A DNA stretch of 64,000 nt from a virus (Duplodnaviria; Caudoviricetes). Positions 51,277 to 59,261 of the stretch are shown in pieces; positions within the stretch are counted from its first letter, which is position 1, and the number at the start of each line of letters is the position of its first letter. The stretch covers positions 96,001 through 160,000 of the IMG/VR virus record IMGVR_UViG_3300021399_000103. The stretch is one strand, 5' to 3'. The notes under the pieces were generated by a model. The model was not told where the DNA came from, made no database searches, and saw nothing but the letters and a program-made list of their open reading frames with translations. Both the position numbers and the translations under genes were made by a program.

Positions 51277-51625
51277 TGGAGCTGCGGGGAGTCGAACCCC
51301 GGTCTTGTTCAGTATACTATCGCAATTCTCTTTATCCACAGCTTACTCAAATATTAACTTAGCAAACATATTATTTGAGAACTTTTGTTTGCGGCAGCCC
51401 GCATATGAGATCGGATTAAGCGGCGAGCGCACCTATTCCGTTTGCTTTAATTTATACTCTAACTAGCAAGCTAAAGCTACTTGATAGGAAGGAGCAAAGA
51501 AATTCTTGATCTTTGCGAATGTGCTTTTAATAAAGTTTGCGTTTAATTTTTAATTTAGTGGTTAGAGTCACTACCTCGCTGCGAATTTTGACCTCAACTG
51601 CCAATCGATTTCCATTTACAACCCC
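51277..51625 (-). ncRNA. ssrA: tmRNA; tag ANFIKSTFAKIKNFFAPSYQVALAC
   Basis: GGGGTTG/CAGCTCC-A acceptor with G3.U70, T arm, tag frame 51540-51463. Confidence 0.9.
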
Positions 51626-51630
51626 ATATA

Positions 51631-51743
51631 TCTTGGGTAAGGATTTGCACCTTACATAGTTTTCGCCTTGGTCGTCATAAGCTGTCACCTCCGCTAAACC
51701 TCGTATCCTATTAACTCAGCGTCTACCTATTTCGCCACCAAGA
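51631..51743 (-). ncRNA. tRNA-like RNA with D and T arms but a long insert replacing the anticodon arm
   Basis: TCTTGG/CCAAGA, GGCGAAATAGGTAGACGC, GTAAGG-TGCAAAT-CCTTAC. Confidence 0.6.
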
Positions 51744-51748
51744 TAATT

Positions 51749-52093
51749 TTAATCTAATTCCCACCAAAAGTCAAAGGATTTGTTATAAGTTGAATCATAA
51801 ACATTCATTTTCTTATTTCTTCTGGCGTAACGATGCCCATATGTTTTTAGATACTTACTGCGATGGCCGCGCCATCTTCTCTGAATGTAAGCTCCTTCGG
51901 CAGGAATGCCACGCATTGTATTCCAATCCCAATCATAGTCACTCCATCCTACAGGCCACGGATACCAATGGTCACCGCCAATATCAATTAAATGTTTAAG
52001 TTTTCTTTTTTCTTTGCGGAGGTGCGCATGACGCATACTTTTGGACTTACCTGAATAAGGATCTTTATATCTATGTGCCATATATACCTCCAT
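51749..52093 (-). CDS. Basic Trp-rich hypothetical protein (all TGG)
   Basis: ORF track; probable start MAHRY after GGAGG. Confidence 0.65.
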   Translation of the reverse strand: MEVYMAHRYKDPYSGKSKSMRHAHLRKEKRKLKHLIDIGGDHWYPWPVGWSDYDWDWNTMRGIPAEGAYIQRRWRGHRSKYLKTYGHRYARRNKKMNVYDSTYNKSFDFWWELD

Positions 52094-52095
52094 AG

Positions 52096-52167
52096 TCCGG
52101 ATGGGAGGAATTGAACCTCCACTCTTGCCCTTATAAGGAGCCCGCTTTACCTTTAAGCTACACCCGG
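52096..52167 (-). tRNA. tRNA-Ile(TAT)
   Basis: Cloverleaf, loop CT-TAT-AA, A73. Confidence 0.75.
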
Positions 52168-52389
52168 TTATTCTTCGTCACCAGTCCAGATACGTTCAAC
52201 CCAATCTTGCCAACTGATTTCTGGATAAAAATCTGAAAATACCCAAGTATATAATATATCACCAACTGCGTTCCAATTTTCAATCGTATTTTCACAATTT
52301 TTATATTTAGCTAAATCTAATCTTAGTCCTTGATTATCTATTGGAATATGATCTAATAAATCAATAATTACTTCTGATAATTCTCTCAT
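52168..52389 (-). CDS. Hypothetical protein
   Basis: AGGAG RBS. Confidence 0.65.
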   Translation of the reverse strand: MRELSEVIIDLLDHIPIDNQGLRLDLAKYKNCENTIENWNAVGDILYTWVFSDFYPEISWQDWVERIWTGDEE

Positions 52390-52406
52390 ATATATCTCCT
52401 AAAAAG

Positions 52407-52479
52407 TGACCCCGGAGAGGCTCGAACTCTCGCTCCCGTGATTAAAAGTCACGTGCTTTACCAACTAAGCTACGGGATC
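52407..52479 (-). tRNA. tRNA-Lys(TTT)
   Basis: Cloverleaf. Confidence 0.92.
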
Positions 52480-52485
52480 AAATAA

Positions 52486-52559
52486 CACCCTCAGCTGGAT
52501 TTGAACCAGCGACCTACGGTTTAGAAGACCGTTGCTCTATCCAGTTGAGCTATAAGGGC
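52486..52559 (-). tRNA. tRNA-Arg(TCT)
   Basis: Cloverleaf. Confidence 0.92.
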
Positions 52560-52561
52560 AT

Positions 52562-52610
52562 GAAGTTCTATCCTATTTAAAGACCAGGATTGAACGAGTA
52601 GAGGTCTTAG
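52562..52610 (-). ncRNA. Inter-tRNA H-type pseudoknot, copy 1
   Basis: AAGACC/GGTCTT stem; loop GTTC-A-ATCCT pairs with downstream AGGAT-A-GAAC. Confidence 0.55.
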
Positions 52611-52684
52611 TCGGGATAGCAGGATTCGAACCTGTGACCTCATCGTCCCAAGCGACGCGCTCTACCAAACTGAGCTATATCCCG
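52611..52684 (-). tRNA. tRNA-Pro(TGG)
   Basis: Cloverleaf. Confidence 0.92.
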
Positions 52685-52695
52685 ATAAAAGGTGG

Positions 52696-53178
52696 CTATT
52701 TTACCACTCTTTTTATAACAGCTAAACCAATAATCATGGTAATAGTATCAATAGCAAATGCCACCATACTTTTTATAATTTTTACTTCAAATGGAATACT
52801 GTATAAGAAGCATTCAATTCCAGTTTTTGCAACAAGAATACCGAGGGCTACAAAGAAAATAATTGCAACAATTCTTTTCCAAGTTTTTTCAGTATGCTTA
52901 AACACAAATCCACATCCTAATCCAATAATTAAGTTAGCAACGAACCAACCAATACTGAATCCATATGGAGAGAATAAAATACTCTCAATACCACATCCTA
53001 CCGCTCCGATAAAAGCACCCCACATACCAAACATCGCACATCCTACCGTCAAGGCTATATAGCCAAGATCCAAAGAGATAGCTCCAATAAGTGGGATTTT
53101 CATCATAGCACTAAGCACTACATAAAGTGAAGTTAAAATCGCAATACCACTAATTTTTCTTACTGTTGGTTTATTCAT
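52696..53178 (-). CDS. ECF transporter S component
   Basis: About 5 TM helices, LDLG..FG..GA.IG pattern. Confidence 0.8.
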   Translation of the reverse strand: MNKPTVRKISGIAILTSLYVVLSAMMKIPLIGAISLDLGYIALTVGCAMFGMWGAFIGAVGCGIESILFSPYGFSIGWFVANLIIGLGCGFVFKHTEKTWKRIVAIIFFVALGILVAKTGIECFLYSIPFEVKIIKSMVAFAIDTITMIIGLAVIKRVVK

Positions 53179-53304
53179 AATTTTCTCCTTTCGTATTTGA
53201 ATAAACCAAAAATACTAAGGATAGTATTTTTGGGGATAGTTTAACGACATAATTTGCGACAAATACAAACATCTTGGTCGAACCTTTATAGTTGGTTAAA
53301 CTAA

Positions 53305-53380
53305 TGGACCGTATGGGAGTCGAACCCATCTGATATTCTGCTTGCAAGGCAGATGACCACCCCTGGCAGTCCCACAGCCC
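53305..53380 (-). tRNA. tRNA-Ala(TGC)
   Basis: G3.U70, CT-TGC-AA. Confidence 0.85.
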
Positions 53381-53382
53381 AA

Positions 53383-53431
53383 GAAGACTCTACTTTATTT
53401 AAAGACTGAAGTTGAGTCGGTATAGTCTTAG
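53383..53431 (-). ncRNA. Inter-tRNA H-type pseudoknot, copy 2
   Basis: AAGACT/AGTCTT stem; loop GACTC-A-ACTT pairs with AAGT-A-GAGTC. Confidence 0.55.
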
Positions 53432-53505
53432 CTGAGGTGGAGGGACTTGAACCCCCGAATGACCGAGTCAAAGTCGGTTGCGTTTACCAGCTTCGCCACA
53501 CCCCA
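53432..53505 (-). tRNA. tRNA-Gln(TTG)
   Basis: Cloverleaf, U1-A72. Confidence 0.92.
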
Positions 53506-53543
53506 ATAGCTAGCTCCATATTACAATGGAGCAGTTTTAATTT

Positions 53544-54125
53544 TTACATCCAAGTAAAAGCGTATCCTAATGTTGCTTCAGTTTTATCTTCAAACACATC
53601 AGAAACAAATACTCTATGTGTCATCTGATTTACAGCTACAAGAGCAACAGAAACATCGTCGTCAGGTCCTGCAGAGATCGTTTTTGCCATAAAGATATGA
53701 TTTAAACCTTTTGTCATCTTTGTTCCAAGGTAAGCGAATGGCTCAAATCTTAGTCCTATATAAATCTCAAAAGCATCATCCCAAGTTGCTTTTGCGTTTT
53801 CATCCATATCGAAAGTGTCATTAATTGTTACGCCACCAAGACCTGTTCCGCTATCTAAAATATGCTCAATATTTACAAGAGTTGCGGTCATATCTCCTGG
53901 TTTTTCATTAAAGATTAACATTACAATGTTAGTTGTATCTTTACCAGTTAGAACAGTCTGTTTTGCCAAAACCGCATGGTTTGTACCATTTACCACTTGA
54001 GAGCCGAGATATGCAATTTCTTTATATTCAGCTCCAGTCATAACTTCATTTAGATTTGCCATTGTCGTAGCAACTTTCTGCGGCAATTTACTAACCTGTA
54101 CATCAATGTTCCAATTTCCCGTCAT
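53544..54125 (-). CDS. Hypothetical protein with an internal two-fold repeat (YLGSQVVNGTNH / YLGTKMTKGLNH)
   Basis: ORF track, RBS. Confidence 0.7.
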   Translation of the reverse strand: MTGNWNIDVQVSKLPQKVATTMANLNEVMTGAEYKEIAYLGSQVVNGTNHAVLAKQTVLTGKDTTNIVMLIFNEKPGDMTATLVNIEHILDSGTGLGGVTINDTFDMDENAKATWDDAFEIYIGLRFEPFAYLGTKMTKGLNHIFMAKTISAGPDDDVSVALVAVNQMTHRVFVSDVFEDKTEATLGYAFTWM

Positions 54126-54150
54126 TTATTCTGTCCTTTCTTTCTAAAAG

Positions 54151-54235
54151 TGGGTTGGGTAGGAATCGAACCTACGGTGTATCTTACGTAACGGGTTTAC
54201 AGCCCGCCCCAATCGCCATCTATGGATACCAACCC
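54151..54235 (-). tRNA. tRNA-Tyr(GTA)
   Basis: Cloverleaf with variable arm. Confidence 0.88.
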
Positions 54236-54446
54236 AAATGAGTGAGGTTTTCTCCCTTTTATGGGTGCGGGATAACCTCAAACCTGAGAGCACTTTACTT
54301 CGCTTCTTTATATAGCGTTTTCCGCTGTAGCCACATATCACTGACCCGCATATCTCTAAGGACGCCGAGGTTGAGTGCCGGTGGTAGTTTAAGTGCTAAA
54401 TCCGTGTTAACGCTCTGCCCGGACTAACGCGGAACCGGGAGCTAAG

Positions 54447-54527
54447 TCGAGATGGTCGGACTCGAACCGACACGCACAAGGCACCAGTTTCTAAGACTGG
54501 CATGGCTACCAGTTACATCACATCCCG
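54447..54527 (-). tRNA. tRNA-Leu(TAG)
   Basis: Cloverleaf with variable arm. Confidence 0.88.
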
Positions 54528-54530
54528 ATA

Positions 54531-54605
54531 TGGAGTCCTGAACGGGAATCGAACCCGTATATTCGCCTTGGCAAGGCGACGCACTAACCATTGTACTACC
54601 AAGAC
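54531..54605 (-). tRNA. tRNA-Gly(GCC) with encoded CCA
   Basis: Cloverleaf. Confidence 0.88.
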
Positions 54606-54609
54606 ATAA

Positions 54610-54693
54610 TCCCCAGAGCCGGATTCGAACCGGCACGACCTTTCGATCACGGGATTTTAAGTCCCGGGCGGCTACCCGTTACGCCATCTGGGG
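54610..54693 (-). tRNA. tRNA-Leu(TAA)
   Basis: Cloverleaf with variable arm. Confidence 0.9.
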
Positions 54694-55160
54694 TTAATTG
54701 TCACTACTTTTGGACTTCTTCAGCACGGCCGGCTCTTCTATTCCGTGCGATTCCTAGGTACCGGTGCTACTTATCCTCAGCGTTTTTATTTTGAGGCACT
54801 TCCTGAGAGAATGTTGTCCATCTTTCTTTCCTACTTTGCAACGCAAGAGAGAATTCGCCTTGTAATGACTTTTTACATATATATTATATCATATTTTTTT
54901 AATTTTTTCAAATAAATTAAGAAAGGTTTAAGCTACTTTCTACGACTTCCTCTACTTTCTATGGTCGAAATTCCGAAGATCATGACTCCTTCTAACCAGA
55001 GGTACTGTTGTATCGCTTCTTCCTTCAGCGACCTCGGACTTGAGGCTGGCTACTCAGGTGGTACCATTTCCTGTTATTTATTACCTTTCCTTAACTTACA
55101 TATATATTATATCATTTATTTTTTAATTTTTCAACTTTTGGATTTTACAATCAGAATTAA

Positions 55161-55361
55161 TTAAGAGTTTTTATTTATAACATATAAAAGAACAATAATA
55201 GTTATTACAAATTCAATAATGAATGGAGATAAGATTACCCACCAACTATAATCAATAACCCCACAAAGTTTCATAGTAATAAGAGATATCTCTAAAGCAT
55301 CAATAAAATTTAAACCTCTATTATTACTATTATTTTCCGATGTGACTTTCCATTTGCTCAT
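55161..55361 (-). CDS. Small membrane protein
   Basis: LKLCGVIDYSWWVILSP-type motif (MKLCG here); GGAG RBS before MSKW. Confidence 0.65.
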   Translation of the reverse strand: MSKWKVTSENNSNNRGLNFIDALEISLITMKLCGVIDYSWWVILSPFIIEFVITIIVLLYVINKNS

Positions 55362-55857
55362 AATTAAATTCTCCAATCTCAATATTTTCATTTAATACTT
55401 TTATAGCTAAATCAGCTTTTTCCGCAGTCAACCCAAGATTATACCAATCAGTTTTTACTAAATGCTTATCAATATCACATTCCTTAAAATCTGGAAAATA
55501 CTCATCATCTAAAACGACCCAGGCTTCTGGTTTATATTTTTGAACAGAAGATTTAATTCCATGACCTCTATAATATAAATCATTTTCCCAAGTGCGATTT
55601 AAGATAGAAAGTCCAACAGCAGAAAATCTTTTATCAATCTCATTGCCAAAATCATCTTGAAAATCTTTATCTAATGGATCTTTAAACCAACGAGTTTTCC
55701 AAGTTGATGTTAAAATAATTTCTGCATTAGTCTCATCAATAATTCGTTTTAATTGTTGAAGTTTATCCTCATCTATACCAACATAAACATCATATATATA
55801 TATTGGAGAGGAATCACAATTTAAAACGCCATCTATATCTAAATAAACTATTTTCAT
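55330..55857 (-). CDS. HAD-family phosphatase (Swiss Army Knife RNA-repair-like)
   Basis: LDIDGVLN, TSTW, VLDD, GL. Confidence 0.8.
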   Translation of the reverse strand: MKIVYLDIDGVLNCDSSPIYIYDVYVGIDEDKLQQLKRIIDETNAEIILTSTWKTRWFKDPLDKDFQDDFGNEIDKRFSAVGLSILNRTWENDLYYRGHGIKSSVQKYKPEAWVVLDDEYFPDFKECDIDKHLVKTDWYNLGLTAEKADLAIKVLNENIEIGEFNYEQMESHIGK

Positions 55858-56102
55858 TCCTATCACCTCTCTTTGTATATATATTATAACATATTTTTTT
55901 ATAAAAATAAAAAAAACTCCTTTCAACAAAAGTGAAAGGAGTTTTATAATTACGCTCTATATTATTAACAATATTAGCTATCACTAATAATAATGATTTT
56001 TTAATTTATTAGTATCTTTTTCAAAACCCAGTTTTCCATATAACAAAATAGGATTTACTTTAATAAACTTCGCCGCATCCCAAATATAGGCATTATTTTT
56101 AT

Positions 56103-56366
56103 CTATTGTGGAGTATCACTAGGAATTGTGTCGCCTGGCTCTTCATTGCTATTATTGCCAGATTCTGAACTTGAACCACCTTCAGCATTTTTTACAGCAA
56201 TTCATTTGCCTTCTCCATTTAAGATATAATTAGCATCTTCTTCTATGATAAAACAAGTGCTTCCCATTCGAGTTGTACGAAGATCAATTTTAGAAAGTTC
56301 GTCTGATTTATCACAAACATAGCGTTTAATTCCTATCTGCTGTTCATTCTTTACAACTGCAATCAT
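56103..56366 (-). CDS. Hypothetical phage protein, 87 aa with 1 TGA=Trp
   Basis: AAAGGAG RBS; GSTCFIIE..YILNGEGK[W]IAV. Confidence 0.6.
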
Positions 56367-56449
56367 TAACTTTCTCCTTTCTTCACTTCAAGTATAATAA
56401 AAAAAAGGACAAATTAATTATCTTAATTTGTCCTAGAAAGAGAGGTAAA

Positions 56450-56521
56450 AGCGCCATAAGGGAGTCGAACCCTTGTTTCCAGCTTGGAAGGCTGAAGTAT
56501 TAGCCATTATACGAATGGCGC
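56450..56521 (-). tRNA. tRNA-Gly(TCC)
   Basis: Cloverleaf. Confidence 0.9.
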
Positions 56522-56552
56522 AGAAATAAGTCCTATTGGACTTAAAACTTAA

Positions 56553-57505
56553 TAGGCTGAGAGAATTGACCTTTTATACCTGCGTCTTATGCGGTTGGCC
56601 GCACGTTCTCACACTCAACTTTTCAGCGAGTAACAGGCATGGACTCTGATCTTGCGAAGACCAGTAGAATCTTACATAGTTCATTATAGCGTTCCTTTTA
56701 TTGCCCAACCTCTTGGAAGAGTTCAATACGTCCCCGCATTTATTGACGACAATTACTTGTACTTACTCACTCTATAACTTGCGGCTTAGTGGTGTCTCCA
56801 TATTTCAGGAGGATAAGTCCATTTTTCTGAAACTATGTCCAGCACACTTTTGCTTTGTATACTTAATCTGTAAAATTGATTTTCCACTGTCAATTTATTA
56901 TTCAAAAGTGTTGTTCCGATTTACTGCGCGATGAGGTGCTGGTTTGGGGTCCGTGCCTTTTGAGCATAGCCCGCCCATCACCGTGCTGCTTTCATGCCAC
57001 TTACTTGCTTCAATGTCGGCGCATGGCGTTTCGTCTAACACGCCGGCGCATTGATTATCCCAGCACTAACCTTTGGCGATGTTCGTACCAGGTAACATAT
57101 CATATTATCATTATTTTCATAACTTATTCCCATCCCAATCTTTCTCGAAGGCATAGGACTGCCGCATACATTCCCTCGTCTGCACGTTGAGAGAAGCGGA
57201 CACAATATTATATGGCTTTCTGTGGAGTCAGTTTTCTAACCGCAGACTACGTTACTTCCTGCTTTAGCCCATCGCTGGGTTATCCTAAGGTGCCGAAGCC
57301 GCACCGAAACATTAGTTGGTTATCCAGGGTCGCCACGTGGAGGCTGTTTCTTGACCCCATTGCCCTCAATGTAAGCTGAGGGCGCATATATGCTAACGTC
57401 TTGACCCCGACGACAGGGAGTAATTTTTACCGAGCTTATTACTATCTGCATCGAACCAACGCCTAGAAGTTGGATAAAAGTTAATATTTCCCATATGGAT
57501 TAACT
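56553..57505 (-). ncRNA. Large ornate ncRNA, GOLLD-like (boundaries approximate)
   Basis: About 950 nt, GC-elevated, no credible ORF, own TTGACA promoter, many hairpins, within a tRNA array; family call rests on recalled resemblance only. Confidence 0.55.
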
Positions 57506-57631
57506 TTTTCAGCTTACTTATATATTTTAACAAATTTTTTTATTTTTGTCAAAATATATTTTAGTGGTTTTATCCCTTTTCGTTATAACCACTTTACTCT
57601 ACGGCATCTCGCTTAGTGGGAATAGAGTTAG

Positions 57632-57704
57632 TTCCGGGTGCGGGAGTTGAACCCGCCTTTTCGGGATATGAGCCCGACCTGGGACCGATCCAGTGTAACC
57701 CGGG
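57632..57704 (-). tRNA. Initiator-type tRNA-fMet(CAT)
   Basis: C1.A72 mismatch, three G-C pairs at the base of the anticodon stem. Confidence 0.75.
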
Positions 57705-58092
57705 ATAAGAATTTGAACTATTGGTAGCTATCCAGTTTAGGTTTACGTAGACCGACTCCCTGGGCCTAGCTAAGCCTACACACCACGTCAAGGTTGTTCA
57801 ATTTGTGTAGGTGTCAAGCCTTCTGCAAAGGAGACCAATCCTCATCTATCGTCGTGGATGTTTCACCACTAAGATGGCTACTGACTTGACAGGTCAATAT
57901 GTGCCATACATTCCGGGTTAGACACGTTGCCCGTAGACTTATTGATTAAAGTCCCGGTCTAGTCAGGACAGAGAACGAATAGCCGTTATCTCTATTCACG
58001 CACTATTCTAAATGGTTTTCCTAAGTACAGTTTCCTTGCCATCCCGATGCATTTATATACCGAGCCAGGACAGACGCGGTTTGCGTACGCAG

Positions 58093-58178
58093 ATAAGATA
58101 ATTAAGCCTTTGTCCTCTTGGCTACCCGGCCCTTTCGGGCCAGGGTGGGATTCGAACCCACGATATTAACTATCTTAT
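58093..58178 (-). ncRNA. Circularly permuted tRNA mimic without the CAGCAA motif
   Basis: 13 bp closing stem, T arm GTGGG-TTCGAAT-CCCAC, acceptor CCTGGCCC-GAAA-GGGCCGGG, then D arm. Confidence 0.75.
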
Positions 58179-58241
58179 TATTTATAAGGCAGATTTTTAT
58201 CTCTTTCCTTACTTTACATATATATTATATAATAATTTTTT

Positions 58242-58562
58242 TTATTTTTCAACTAATTCGTAATCTTTTTTAATAGCTTCTTCAACAAAGTATCGTCTTA
58301 AATCACCAGTAGTCCAGTTATCAATAAGATATTCACGCAATTCGTTATCATCTACTGGATCTCTATTGTATTTATCTCTAAACTCTTTTACCATTGAATT
58401 AAAATCTTCTATGTGATCTAAAACCCAATTTTTTTCTTCTATATTATCTGGATCAAAATATTCCCAGTTATCAATTCCAGCAGATTCTAAATCTGCTAAA
58501 TGCAATTCTTGTAATAATAGTGATTTTAATCTTGCTTCTCTAACTAAGTAATATTTTGTCAT
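58242..58562 (-). CDS. Hypothetical protein (GIDNWE motif)
   Basis: ORF track. Confidence 0.7.
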   Translation of the reverse strand: MTKYYLVREARLKSLLLQELHLADLESAGIDNWEYFDPDNIEEKNWVLDHIEDFNSMVKEFRDKYNRDPVDDNELREYLIDNWTTGDLRRYFVEEAIKKDYELVEK

Positions 58563-58564
58563 AT

Positions 58565-58873
58565 TTAATCCTCATGCTGGATACCAGTTAAAATAAAATA
58601 TGCCTTTTTGTTATTCTCAATTAAATCAAATTTATCTATAATTTTCACGGTACTAATTTTAACATTTTCTCTTTTGGGGATTTCATAATTCCAAGTATCA
58701 CCAATTACTACAGCCGTACCATTTATTTCAACTACAGTACCTGGAAATGCTTTAATTTTTATTTCATCAAATTCAGCGCCTTTTAAGAAAGATCCTGTAA
58801 TTAAAGATTCTTTGGTTAAATCTTCTGGCGAATGATTATTTTCATCATAATACTTAAATTGTTTTACAACCAT
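58565..58873 (-). CDS. Hypothetical protein
   Basis: GAGG RBS before MVVKQ; the track's longer start overlaps tRNA-Ser. Confidence 0.65.
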   Translation of the reverse strand: MVVKQFKYYDENNHSPEDLTKESLITGSFLKGAEFDEIKIKAFPGTVVEINGTAVVIGDTWNYEIPKRENVKISTVKIIDKFDLIENNKKAYFILTGIQHED

Positions 58874-58888
58874 AATTACCTCTCTCAG

Positions 58889-58975
58889 CGCCCGCAGAAG
58901 GATTCGAACCTTCGCACCAGTCACCCGATCTAGTTCCTTAGCAGGGAACCCTCTTCACCACTTGAGTATGCGGGC
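58889..58975 (-). tRNA. tRNA-Ser(GCT)
   Basis: Cloverleaf with long variable arm. Confidence 0.92.
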
Positions 58976-59033
58976 ATTTCTTAAATAAATTAAGAAAGTA
59001 ATTAAAATACTTTAATTACTTTGACCAATTTAG

Positions 59034-59115
59034 CGCCGGCCACAGGATTCGAACCTGCAAATCGTTTCCGATCAATGGTTTTCAAGACCACGCCCTCACC
59101 GCCCGGACAGCCGGC
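59034..59115 (-). tRNA. tRNA-Ser(TGA)
   Basis: Cloverleaf with long variable arm. Confidence 0.88.
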
Positions 59116-59184
59116 AAAATTAGAAAACCGGGATATTTATAGAGAGTTACCGGTGTTCTCTTGGTTTAGTTTGTTGTGGAACAG

Positions 59185-59255
59185 CGGCCCGTGCTGGAAT
59201 CGAACCAGCCTTGTGCGGTTAACAGCCGCGAGTTCTACCGATGAACTAACGGGCC
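59185..59255 (-). tRNA. tRNA-Asn(GTT)
   Basis: Cloverleaf. Confidence 0.88.
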
Positions 59256-59261
59256 ATATTC

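Noticed and set aside
53180-53303. Riboswitch upstream of the ECF S component
   Set aside because: Hairpins are present, but I could not match a known aptamer consensus; needs an Rfam scan.
52562-53431. Pseudoknots as pistol ribozymes or SAM-II riboswitches
   Set aside because: Only the topology and a UAAAU linker resemble them; the other conserved elements are absent.
150-56366. TAG->Gln recoding
   Set aside because: TAG ends several genes cleanly (326, 714, 33391, tmRNA tag), no gene needs TAG readthrough, and no CUA tRNA was found.
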